Assembly: GCA_951406725.2 (NCBI GenBank)
Contig: OX597817.1
Span: 152,148,001-152,212,000, forward strand
From: Octopus vulgaris
Lineage: Eukaryota
Direction: 5' to 3'
DNA: 64,000 nt
The position numbers were made by a program, and so were the translations under genes. Under the pieces are notes generated by a model. The model saw only the letters and a program-made list of their open reading frames with translations, was not told where the DNA came from and searched no databases. Position 1 is the first letter of the stretch; each line of letters opens with the position of its first letter. Shown here one piece after another: positions 26,097 through 39,248 of this stretch.

Positions 26097-27676
26097 GTAA
26101 GTATGAGTTTTCTCTATACTAAAAGTTCTCAAATATATTTTTACCTGTGAACCTTTTTTTTTTTTACCTACAGACCCTTTTGATTCATATTTTACTCAGA
26201 TAGAGCCTCCTAGCCATTCAATGATTTTAAAAAATCCAATTATATTTTTATAAATAGGTGTAGGAGTGGCTGTGTGGTAAGTTGCTTGCTTACCAACCAC
26301 ATGGTTCTGGGTTCAGTCCCACTGTGTGACACCTTGGGCAAGTGTCTTCTACTATAGCCTCAGGCCGACCAAAGCCTTGCGAGTGGATTTGGTAGACGGA
26401 AACAGAAAGAAGCCTGTCGTATATATGCTTGTGTGTGTGTGTGTATACGTTTTTGCCTCTGTGTTTGTCCACCCCCCACCCCCAACATCGCTTGACAACC
26501 AATGCTGGTGTGTTTACATCCCCATAACTAAGTGGTTTGGCAAAAGAGACCGATAGAATAAGTACTAGGCTTACAAAGAATAAGTCCTGGGGTCGATTTG
26601 CTCGACTAAAGGCAGTGCTCCAGCATAGCCATAGCCAAATGACTAAAACAAGTAAAAGAGTAGATGCTATTAGGAATTGCATTGAAAAAATTAAAATATT
26701 TTGTTTATCGAAGAAGTATAATTAATTTATTGAGCATAAATTTTAACAACAAAATCTTAAATGAGCCCCCAAGGATCATATGGGAATTGATGCCAGGTGA
26801 TGAAGCGGGCAATTTGACAAGACTATATTTTGGACAGGCAGCACTGGATTAACCATTAAGCAAAATAAGCATGTGCTTAAGGCATCAAGTGGGGTGGGGG
26901 CTCTACAGAAATGGTAAATGATTTACAGCACAAAAGAAATTATTTTTAACTCACTAAAATAATATCCAGGCTCCCATACTTCTACTAAGTATAGAGGCAG
27001 GTGTGTTGCATAAGATTAATTTTGAAGATCTGATCAAAAACTTAGTAATTAAAAAAAAGTAGAAGAAAACTTTTCAGATATAATTAAAATGGAACTATAC
27101 AAAAACAAACATTATCTTTCATATTACTGTTAGTTTTGTTACATTTTGAAAATATAAATTTATTTTATGGTTTATTATTTATTTTTTGGGCACCAAAATG
27201 TGGGTCTATGTGGATCAACCCTTATTTCTTTATTGCCCACAAGGGGCTAAATATAGAAGGAACAAAGAAGGACAGACAAAGGGATTAAGTTGATTACATC
27301 AACCCCAAAAGGATGAAAGGTAAAGTTGACCTCGGCAGAATTTGAACACAGAACGTAATGGCAGATGAAAAACCACTAAGCATTTCGCCTGGCATGTTAA
27401 CATTTCTGCCAGCTTACCACTAATGTGGATCAGCCCTATGTGGGTCTATGTGGATCAACCCTGTGGACAGGCAGCCAGCAAGAATGGACATGTGGACAGA
27501 ATCCTTCAGTATTCTATCTGCTACCCAATGATTTAGGATAGACTGTGTCTCTGAGTTTCACAGCAAGTTGTAGTCAGCAGTTGAGGAATTCCTGTTGCTG
27601 TTATTTGCCATGTCCAGACTTTTAGTCCTTTAGGCTCAAATTTTATGTCCTGTATTACTCTCCTTTTCTCTTTCAG

Positions 27677-27870
27677 GGCTGCAGTCGAATTCTCATCAGC
27701 ACAGATTTAGACTTGAGAGATTCAAAGTTCATTCAGTTCTATTTTATGTTTGGTTGCAACACAGCTCCCCTGATTCGAAACCAAGGGGTCCTTGTTGACT
27801 ATTCAGCAGATGGTGGTATTTCTTGGTCCCATATAACAGAACTTTACTACAACCAATACAAGGCACCAAA
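27677..27870 (+). CDS. RELN: Reelin exon 4, repeat 6B
   Basis: ttcag|GGC...AA|gtaagt; GCSRILISTDLDLRDSKFIQFYFMFGC...DYSADGGISW...YKAP. Confidence 0.95.
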
Positions 27871-28610
27871 GTAAGTCAGCCATGTTTTTGACTTGTTTAA
27901 TTACAAAGTAGCAATGATGTCAAAAATATCTTTTAAATTAATAATCTAGTAAAAAAATTCACATTTTTTTCACATCTACCACTTATATATATATATCATA
28001 ATCATTGTTTAACGCCTGTTTTCCATACTAGCATGAGTTGGACGGTACGACTAAGGTCTGGGAAGCCAGGAGGCTGCACCAGGCTCCAGTTTGATCTGGC
28101 AGTGTTTCTACAGCTGAATGCCCTTCCTAACACCAACCACTCTATGAGAGTAGTGGGTGCTTTTTACGTGCCACTGGCACAAGTGCCAGGGGAGGCTGGT
28201 AACAGTCATGATCAGTTGGTGCTTTTTACATCCCACTATATATATATTATCATTATTATTATTATTATTTAAAGATCACAATACATGTATTAAAGTCCTA
28301 CTAATAGTTTCATATGTTGAGAGGACTCAAACATTCTTCAGAGGCAAACCACATATCATACCGAACTAAAAATTTGAATAAATAGAAGAAACGCAATGAA
28401 GCTGAGAAAGCAGCATATAGAAAACACAGACAGTAAACAACGGGGAACGAAACTCAAGTGTCAAAAGGTAAAAAATGTTATCCTCCTTAGTACTTAAATG
28501 ATAAGGCTGGAAAGATATCAAGTCAGTCAGGAATAGGCGGAAGTTATCTCTCACCAGATGGAGTAGTATTTTTGTTGAATATTCTATCACAGATCAGTAC
28601 ATTTTATATA

Positions 28611-28656
<46 letters not shown>

Positions 28657-29420
28657 GAAATGTACGTGGATATGCCTATATTTACGTGTCTAGGTACAAC
28701 ATTAAAATTGCATTCAGTGGTGAGGCTCCAGTTGAAGTTGTGGAGAGCGTTGAGTCATCCCTCGGGTACCATTACTCCCAGGTTCATTCTAACCCAGAAT
28801 GGTAGTACTAGTTAGGGTCCCATCCATGGGTTAAATAGATTTCCCAGGGGTAGAGGAGACTAATTTTTTAACAAATTCATGGGAAGAGGAAGCTCTTCTA
28901 GGAGAAAGACACTCTGACATAAAACTTCCCATCAAAATAGTACCAGTCATCTTACAATGCTTGTCACTGGAACCTCCTGCAGCAAATGAGAGAGAATGGC
29001 AAAAGTATTGTATAAGCTTTTGTCACTTAAATCCACAGATGTACATATGTCACATTATCATTTGATTTGTTTTGTCTATACGTATAAATTTGATATGGGC
29101 AATTCTTTCTTGTCTTGGGATTCACGGTCAAACGGTGGAATTGTACGAAAAATTACACAGGTGTGTAGAATGATCTGATGGTGTTGCTGGGCTTTGTATT
29201 TTTTCATAGCTCCCATGGTTTTATCTCCTATATTTTACTTATTTCAGTCATTAGACTGTGGCCATGTTGGGGCACCACCCTGAAGAAGTTTTACTTGAGC
29301 GATTTGACCCCTAGTACTTATTTTTTAACCCCGGTACTTATTCTCTCAGGCTCTTTTGCTGAACCACCTAATTACAGGGACATAAGCACACCAACATCAG
29401 TTACCAGGTGGTGGTGGCAG

Positions 29421-29454
<34 letters not shown>

Positions 29455-32400
29455 ATGTACATACATACATACATACATAGAGATTTTTAAATAAACTGAA
29501 TAATGACATACATACATACATATGATGGGCTTCTTTCAGTTTTCATCTACCAAATTCACTCACAAAGGACTAGACTATGGTAAAAGGCACTTGCCCAAGG
29601 TGCCACACAGAGGGACTAAACCCAGAATTTTGTGGTTAGGAATCAAATTCCTCACCACACTGCCATGCCTGCATCACCCATGTGAAAAACTATAAAAATT
29701 TGTTACGTAATCTCTTTCTTACTCCGCAGTTTATCTTTCTTAATCCTCAGCTAATCCTGCTCACCTACTTTAGGTCAACATGTTATCATTATTAATGAAT
29801 GAAATATGTTGGGTTAACTTAAATAACATGAGTTAAATATATTGAATTACCTAATATATTTAGTCCGGTAATATGTTGTGCAAAATAAACATCATTTGAG
29901 GAAATTATTGACCAAACCAATATCCAAACTGGCATTACTAGATTCTTTTAGAAATTTTGAGATTCCCTAAAGATAAATATTCAAAGAATAGAAACAGTGA
30001 AATCTCATCAACAGTTAGAAGCGGAATTCTGTTTTATATTAGCTTAGTAAATTAAAATGACATGAATTTCTAAGCAACTCTGTTTCTTTATATTATGTTG
30101 CTGAAGGCCAGATATACAATGTTTCATCCTGTTGATCACAGAATCAATACTTCTAAAATTGTTCTGAGTTGTAAATAAATACAATGGACAGGTACAACTC
30201 ATTATTGAAAGCAGCTACAACACAAAATCATTGTCAGCATCATTTTAACATCCATGTTTTCATTGCCTGCATGGATCAAACAGAATTTATTGAAACGGAT
30301 TTATCTATAGTTAGATGTCCTTCTGGTCACCAACTGCCACATTGTTCCCAAGTTGGGTAACATTTGCCAATGGCTGAACATGTTTTCATGGAAGGTGGGG
30401 AATGAATGGCACTGTTTGGAGGATGATGACACTAGTTTACATTTATTACTCAATGTTAAGACAAGGACACACACACCACACATACACACAAACACTCATA
30501 AATATACATGATGGAAAATGACCTGGTGATGGTGCCACATAAAAAGCACTGCTGATGGTGCAATGTAAAAAGCACCCAGTACATTCAGTAAAGTGGCTAG
30601 CATTAGGAAGGTCAGCCAGCTGCAGAGACCAACCCAAAACAAGCAATTGAAGCCTAGTGCTGTCCCTGGCCTAACCAGCTCCTGTCAAGCTATCCAACCC
30701 ATGCCAGCTTAGAAAAAGAATGTTAAAGAATGATGGATTTCTTTCAGTTTCCATCTGTGAAATTCACTCACAAGGCCTTGGTCAACCCTGGGCTTTAGTA
30801 AACAACACTTGTTCAAAGTGGCATGCAGTGGAACTGAACTAGAAAGCATGTGGTTTTGGTTAGGAGGTGACCTTCTTAACTACACAACCATGCCTAACAA
30901 CAGTATTTTTACCTAACAGAATTCATTCAAATTTTATGTGAAGAGATTTGCTGCTGACTTAGATGCATAATGGGAATCTGTCGTCTTCAAATGGTTTCTT
31001 TACAATGCAATGGGTTACAGTACTTTATTACATCTTTTACATAAGAAAATGTCTCCGGGACAAAACCCTATTTTCATTTCAAAACAAAACTTTAGCCTAA
31101 CAGCAAATTTGAGTGACAAATGAATAATCATCTCAGTTAATTATAGTTTTCCTTCAACTGAAGGTGACTTACATTTTTCACCTTTATCATTATCAGTTCA
31201 AAACTCTATATCTTGAAATTATTTTTCACTGATTTGACAAGCAGATTAATTTTGCATATTTTTGAGATTATTGATTCCAGTTTTTGAAAATAAATTAATA
31301 AAAAATTTTTAGATGCAATGTTATATTCATATTAATAAAGAATGAACAAAACTGATTGACTGAAATTCGATATAAATGTATCTCAGGGAATAACAGGATT
31401 CTTTAGTCTTGCTGGATATTAGGCAACCTCCCTAGTGCATGTGCCATGATAATGACATGCTGTGCACTCAGTGCTTCGAATTCAGAATAGTATCCAAAGA
31501 AAGAAACTATGGCAAAAATGGGATATACCAAACCCATCTAGGAGGACAGTAACTCCAAATATGAATTGACTCAGATGATGATAAACACATCTAACCCATG
31601 CAGTATGGAAAAGTAGACGTAAAATGATTATGAAATTAGTATTGTTAGCAGAATTTCATTGCTGACATCAAGGGTTATCAAGCAATTCCGTTTGTATTCC
31701 ATCTTTTTCAACATTGTTTTCCTTTGATGTCCCAGCATAATTTTTCTCTTTGCTCTTCATTTACCATCACCAGTAGAAGTAATGTAAACATCTGTTGAGA
31801 AAAATCTACATCAAAAGTTATTTTGAAGCCTAAACTCTTAATTATGACCACAAAATCTTCATAGCTACCAGACTTAGTGGTTTTCAGCCTTCTCAATTTC
31901 ATAGAAAACTTGAGATCAAACAAAACAATTGCTAACACAAATTGCATGGAAAGTTTTAAAATTATTAGCACATTTCATATGGCACACTTTGCATGGTAAG
32001 TTGAAAAACCAAACTGTTTTAAAGTTAGAAAATTTAAGGAACTATTTACTTTGTTTTACTGTTCATACTGTTCCAGTGCAGGAGTGGCTGTGTGGTAAGT
32101 AGCTTGCTTACCAACCACATGGTCCTGGGTTCAGTCCCACTGCGTGGCACTTTCGGCAAGTGTCTTCTACTATAGCCTCAGGTCAACCAAAGCCTTATGA
32201 GTGGATTTGGTGGACAGAAACTGAAAGAAGCTCGTCATACATGTGTACATGTATATATATATGTGTGTGTGTCTGTGTTTGCCCCCCCCCCACACATCGC
32301 TTGACAACCAATGGTGGTGTGTTTGCATCCCCATAACTTAGTGGTTCGGCAAAAGCGACTGATAGAATAAGTACTAGGCTTACAAAGAATAAGTGCTGGG

Positions 32401-33240
32401 GTCGATTCGCTCCACTAAAGGTGGTGCTCCAGCATGGCCTCAGTCAAATGACTGAAACAAGTATACTTGTATATAACAAAATTATGATGAACATCTTTTT
32501 AAGATGCTCAAACATAAGTATGAGCTTTCTAAAGCCCTTAATCATATTTTTTTAAATCAACAGTACAGTTTCATAACCACTGATCCAAGTATTATCAAGC
32601 GAATTCAGGACAAAGTCTATATTACATATCATGTTTTTTATTTGTTTACCTTGAATTGAGAAAGTGCTGAAATTTAGTCTTATAAAATATTTCTCCTTTC
32701 AATATTTCTATCAAAAACAGGTAAGTTTAAACGCAAATTAGGTGGCATTATTTGAATAAATCTCTTTCTTTATTTAAAGTCTTCATGAATTTTTTAATGA
32801 AACCTGATTTATATACTAAGGTAAAAACAATGCATTGACCAAGGGCTCATTTATCATGTTTTACTAACTCCTAATTCTTTTAGCAATGTAGTTTTTTCTA
32901 GAATATCAAGAAGGAAATAAATACTCAAGTATGTCTGCTGTAAGAAATCTTAATAAAATGGGTGCTAACATACTTGATGTAGAGAGCTAAGAATTTTAAT
33001 TAATTAAAATTACACCTTTGGTGATAAGAACAAACCATCATTGAAATGACAGTTAAGATTTAGAGGTTATCTCCCCTGCTTTTTTGATATGAATTATGCA
33101 TTCAGTTACTAATCACCATATTTGCTCATGTATGTCACACCCCTAATTTGGTGTTAAATCTTGCCACAAAATTTTTATCTCTTCATAATTTTAGCTTTGT
33201 TTCATATATGTCATAACCTGGTTTTCTCAGTAAAATCAAG

Positions 33241-33366
33241 TATTAAATAGTGTGGTTTATATATTAAATAGTGTGGTTTATATATTAAATAGTGTGGTTT
33301 ATGTATTAAATAGTGTGGTTTATGTATTAAATAGTGTGGTTTATGTATTTAATAGTGTGGTTTATA
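33241..33366. repeat. 21-bp minisatellite x6
   Basis: (TATTAAATAGTGTGGTTTATR)6. Confidence 0.95.
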
Positions 33367-36145
33367 TATGAGCAAATACAGTTGTTCATTCTGTAAAGTG
33401 TTGATATTCTGCACCATTATCCTAATGAAGAATTTTAGTATAACGGCTTTTGTTCTAAAAACATTGGCAAAGAGTGAAAGTCCTTGCAAGGAATCTAGTT
33501 ATGTTTCTTACAATTAATCTTTATTAATATTGATTTTATTGTGACATAAATCTTCTTCAGATGGACTCAATGACCAGTTGAAACTGAAGGAAATTTATTT
33601 CCATTGAACTGAAAGAAATTTATTGCCATTAAGTTCTCAATAAATAATCATTATTCAGTTGACAATTAATTATATTCCATTACATCTAAAAAAACATTGA
33701 TGCCAAAACTGAAATAAATTATTCTCTGCTCTAACAAATTCAACACGTATTTCCCATTATTTTTGTATAAGAACAAAGCTTCTATCCAAGCTGCCAATGC
33801 ATATTTTTTTTTTTATTCCCTCAGCATTAATCTCAGTTACTCAGCTGAGCCTTTTGTCAAATGGAAATTTTTTGCAAAGTCATCCAAATATATTATTTTG
33901 GTTTTTCTACAAGCAAGAAGTGAGTTAGTAAAGTCTTAATTCCTAATAAAAGTGTCTTTAATTGAAAACAAATATCTCTAACCTTAGGACAGTCTGGAAC
34001 CATACAAAACATGATCTGGTATCTAATGAGAGTAAAGATTTATGTTTAATTTTATGTCATTTTCTTATTCATTAACAGCAGAAAATTATATTTAAAATAC
34101 TGTTGGAGGGATAAACAAATACTGTTACAGGAATACACAAAATTATTTCCACAGATAATTTATTTTCTGAATTTAAAAGAAAGTTATAGTAAAACAGCAA
34201 AAACCAATATTTTGCTTTTAGGTGTATAAAGCAATATCTGTTGATAACATTGTGTGGTATGAGAATTATATTTCTTAAGACTCAACTATTTCTTTAACCT
34301 ATTTTAGATTGTAAGAAAAGAGGATGTTAATTTCGTTTTTGGATTTGGTTTGCAAGATTCTTTATGTGAGTTCGAGTGCTGAAGCATATTCTGTTGTGTC
34401 TGGGGAGAGTCATTTTCTTTTTGTGCCTTATAATTTAACACACTCACCGGTAAAATTTTCACTTTTTTCTTATTTTTATTTTCCTTGTGAGTGGATTTGA
34501 TAGATGGAAACTAAAAGACGCCCATCGTATATATGTATATATATATGTGTGTGTGTGTCTGTGTTTGTCCCCCAACATTGCTTGACAATTGATGCTGGTG
34601 TGTTAACGTCCCTGTAACTTAGCGGTTCAGAAAAAGAGACCAATAGAATACATACTAGGCTTACAAAGAATAAGTCCTGGGGGTCGATTTCTGTGACTAA
34701 AGGTGGTGCTCCAGCATGGCCACAATCAAATGACTGAAACAAGTAAAAGAGTAAAGAGAATATTATTATTGAAAAATAAATTGAAACAAATTAATTGAAC
34801 TGAAACAAATTGCTGGTTATATTTATAAATTACCACATTTCTATTAAATTTTAACAGAAATATAGTTACAAAAGGGTTAAATAGCATCTTTTCATAAGTC
34901 TGATTTCAACACCTGCCGAAATGAACCATTTGTAACAACTTTGAGGCATTTAGTTCTGATGGTCTACAGTTTCTATCAACCAATGATGTAACATCTAGTC
35001 ACAGACACACAAATGTAATTATACAAGGGGAAATAGTAGTTGTGATACCTGTGCCGCTGGCACATAAAAAGCACCATCCATACGTGGCCGTTGCCAGCAC
35101 CGCCTCGACTGGCTTCTGTGCCGGTGGCACATAAAAAGCACCATCCGAACATGACTGATGCCAGCGCCGCCCTGACTGGCTTCTGTGCCGGTGGCACATA
35201 AAAAGCACCATCCGAACATGGCCGTTGCCAGCACCGCCTTGGCTGGCTTCCGTGCCGGTGGCACGTTAAAAGCTACAACCGATCGTGGCCGATGCCGGAC
35301 CCCCCTGGCACCTGTGCAGGTGGCACGTAAAAAGCACCCACTACACTCGCGGAGTGGTTGGCGTTAGGAAGGGCATCCAGCTATAGAAACTCTGCCAGAT
35401 TAGACTGGAGCCTGGTGCAGCCCTTGGCTTCCCAGACCCCGGTCGAACCGTCCAACCCGTGCTAGCGGGGAAAACGGACGTTAAACGATGATGATGCTAA
35501 AAAGTTCTTGGCTTTGGGTAAAAAAAATGCAGGAGGATCAGTTAATTGTGATTTTATTCATCATATTCCCCTCTCAGATTCACACAGTTATTGCAGCAGT
35601 CCTTCAGTTTTTCTAACCCCTGTAAAAGAGCTTGGAAGATTGGGCCTCCAACCAGGCCTTTTGTGATACTCTTAAAGCCAGAAACTTTTCAGTGCCCCCT
35701 TTTATAAATATACACTCATGCAAGTACACACACATTTTTAAAAAATCTGAAACATAGATGGGGATTACTAGTTTAAAAGACATTTTAACAACATTAATCT
35801 AGACAAAAGTACAACTAATAAAACTTGAAGAGGTTTCTCTTAACTTTTTAGAAGAAATATAAGGCGTAGGATCTGCAAAGAAATTCTTTATATTTATGCA
35901 ACCAGTTCACTTACTGATCTTATTGGGTTTATCTCTTCTGCTTGTTATTTTTATCTTTAAAACACCTTGAAAGTAAGATAGTGGATTACCTTGGTTGATC
36001 CAAGATTTTCAACACAATAGGCACATGAGTGGCTGTGTGGCAAGTAGCTTACTTACAAACCACATGGTTCTGGGTTCAGTCCCACTGCGTTGCACTTTCG
36101 GCAAGTGTCTTGTACTATAGCCTCGGGCCGACCAAAGCTTTGTGA

Positions 36146-36725
36146 GTGGATTTGGTAGACGGAAACTGAAAGAAGCCCGTCATATATATGTATACATATA
36201 TATATGTATGTGTGTGTATATGTTTGTGTGTCTGTTTGTCCTCCCGACATCGCTTAACAACCGATGCTGGTGTGTTTACGTCCCTGTAATTTAGCGGTTC
36301 GGCAAAAGAGACCAATAGAATAAGTACTAGGCTTACAAAGAATAAGTCCTGGGGTTGATTTTCTCAACTAAAGGCGGTGCTCCAGCATGGCCACAGTCAA
36401 ATGACTGAAACAAGTAAAGAGAGTAATACATATGTGTGGATTTGGTAGACGGAAACTGAAAGAAGCCCGTCATATATATGTATACATATATATATGTATG
36501 TGTGTGTATATGTTTGTGTGTCTGTTTGTCCTCCCGACATCGCTTAACAACCGATGCTGGTGTGTTTACGTCCCTGTAATTTAGCGGTTCGGCAAAAGAG
36601 ACCAATAGAATAAGTACTAGGCTTACAAAGAATAAGTCCTGGGGTTGATTTTCTCAACTAAAGGCGGTGCTCCAGCATGGCCACAGTCAAATGACTGAAA
36701 CAAGTAAAGAGAGTAATACATATGT
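36146..36725 (+). repeat. 290-bp perfect tandem duplication
   Basis: 36146-36435 equals 36436-36725 (SINE A 3' part plus about 11 bp of flank). Confidence 0.95.
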
Positions 36726-36857
36726 AAAACTCAACTGTTTGTAATATTTAACATACAGAAAACTCTTCCGAGTTATTTTTCCTTCAGCCTTATAATGTTG
36801 GTTCACCATTAGAATTATTTTGATATAAAACTGATATATTTTATCATTTTCTTTTAG

Positions 36858-37397
36858 GTTCGTCAACATAAAAATTCCTCAGGGAGCCAGAAAGGAAGGG
36901 GTACGTGTACGCTGGTGGCAGCCTGAGAATGATGGCAAACTTCTCCGGGATTGGGCATTGGATGACATTGTAATTGGTGGCAACATGGTGAATCCTGTAA
37001 ACGTAACAAGTAATTTTACAACCGATTTTGTTGAACATGAATGGTTGACCACCAACAATCTAGAAATTGGAGAATATTGTGGGCAACCTGAATCAGCTGT
37101 AGCAAAACCAGTCGCTGGTGAAGGGGCCAAACTGACAACCCGTGATGTCAAAATAGAAGATGATTATATACTTCAATTCTCAATCAATGTTGGATGTGGG
37201 GCACCATGGAATAGCTCCATTTCTCCAGTTCATCTGCAATATTCTGTAAACTATGGTAAAAACTGGTATTATGTTACTCCCCAATGTATGACTAAGGACC
37301 CTCAATGTAACACAGAGGCTTCAGTCAAGACTGTTTATTACACAACTTTTGGCTGGCAACGAGTTATTATCCCTCTTACAGGACATGTTGTATCAAG
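36858..37397 (+). CDS. RELN: Reelin exon 5, end of 6B and most of 7A
   Basis: tttag|G...AG|gtaag; FVNIKIP...RWWQPENDG..DWALDDIVIGG...QYSVNYGKNW...GWQRVIIPL. Confidence 0.95.
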
Positions 37398-38527
37398 GTA
37401 AGCATTATGTTGATATCCTCATTTTGACTCATTTGAATTTAAATATTATAAAAAATATAAAATATAAGAAATTGTTCAAGAATGCAAAATTCCATTGCCA
37501 TGCTGAGGATATAGTATTCATCATCATCATCATCGTTTAACGTCTGCTTTCCATGCATGGGTTGGACGATTTGACTGAGGGCTGGCAAACCAGGCTCCAA
37601 TCTTGATCTGGCAGAGTTTCTACAGCTGGATGCCCTTCCTAACACCAACCACTCCAAGAGTGTAGTGGCTGCTTTTACATACCACTGGCATGGGGGCCAG
37701 TCAAGTACTGGCAACGACCTTGCTCAAATGTTTTTTCACATGCCAGTAAGGTGACACTGCTAATGATCATGCTCGAATGGTGCCTTTTACGTGCCACCAG
37801 CATGGAAGCCAGTTAGACGCTCTGGCAATGATCACGCTCAGATGGTGCTCTTAACACCCTACTAGCACGGGGCACAAGTGCCAGTAAGGCGACGCTGGTA
37901 ACGATCACACGTGAATGGTGCCTTGTATATGCCACTAGCACAGAAGCCAGTTAGCCGCTCTGTCAACAATCAACGATAGTATTATAGTTTACAATAATAT
38001 TGATTGAATTGTTATATTCAAGTTATACCCAGAGTAACAAAAAGGTATGTTATAGAATACAAGTAAATGGAATATTTTTGAAATTAGGCCTGAGAATGAC
38101 AATGTATATTATAAGTTTGGGCTTTTGTGTTACAAGTGCAGTCTGTCCAATTGCCCCTTGCACTGTTTTCATGCACTCAATTTCAGCCAAGGGATTGATT
38201 CTGAAACAGCGACATCTTAAGGCATGAGCACGCTGGGCAATTGCTCTAGGAGCCCCACAGGTCTAGGGATCCAATTATGATCTATTGTTATGGTTTGCTG
38301 TCAATAAATAAATGCTATTGGGCTCATTGCATTGATTTGCTTGGTGGGGTTTATAATGATGCTAATATGGTTCTGATCTAAACTCATGTGATTCAGAAAT
38401 AAACTACTGAATCACTCCACTATACACTCACAAATCTATACGCATGAAGCAAATATTTTGCATTAAGACTACTTTAGACTTTGATCAAGATATCTTTGAA
38501 CTTTGTTTTCTAATTTACTTTCTGTAG

Positions 38528-38735
38528 CGCCACACGTTTCCAGTGGTTCCAGATCATGCCTGGTCAACAGGAAGACTCCAAAGATGGCAAGGAATGGGCC
38601 ATTCGAGATATCTATATTGGCAAAGCATGTGCGGATATGTGTCATGGCCATGGGTTTTGTGACAATGGCCAGTGTCTCTGTGATGAAGGATACATGTGGG
38701 CTACATGTCACCCAATGGGATACCTTTATCAGCCA
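38528..38735 (+). CDS. RELN: Reelin exon 6, end of 7A and EGF7
   Basis: tgtag|C...CCA|gtaaat; ATRFQWFQ...WAIRDIYIGKACADMCHGHGFCDNGQCLCDEGYMWATC. Confidence 0.93.
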
Positions 38736-38858
38736 GTAAATATTGATTTGCTCTTATTTTCTGTTATTTTATTTATCATTTTTCTTTTATTTACCATTTC
38801 CCTGTCAATAGTTTTACTATATCTTCAAACTTATGAATTTAAAAAGTTTTTATAACAA

Positions 38859-39248
38859 CTAGCAGTATCGCCCAGCATTGCTCGGGTTTGTTTCGACTCT
38901 TTAGAATTGGAATTTTTGAAATGTAAAAATTTTGCATTATGTAGCTTGTTATTCTCTTTAAGTGAACATTTTTTTGGTTGAAATACATCGAAAAATGGCG
39001 ACACAACAGTCCAAAAATCATAAAAAATAGGGATTTTCATAGAAAAAAAGCACTTTTTTGATGTAAATAATTTTTGGTGTTAACATAGTCCGATTTGAAT
39101 TTTATCTTCTATGGAATGAAGAGCAAGCCTTCTTCTGTCATACTTTTAATTTTGGTCAACTTGTGCTGCAGGGTCTCAGAGGAGATAGTGTTAGTTGAAG
39201 GCTACTAAACCTTCCACACACAGACAACTTCTGCTTTATAAATATAGA
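38859..39248 (-). mobile_element. Non-autonomous Helitron, copy 2
   Basis: Reverse-complement copy of 6846-7233 with TC/CTAG ends at an AT target. Confidence 0.88.

Noticed and set aside
33241-33366. CRISPR-like array
   Set aside because: Contiguous units without spacers in eukaryotic DNA; a plain minisatellite
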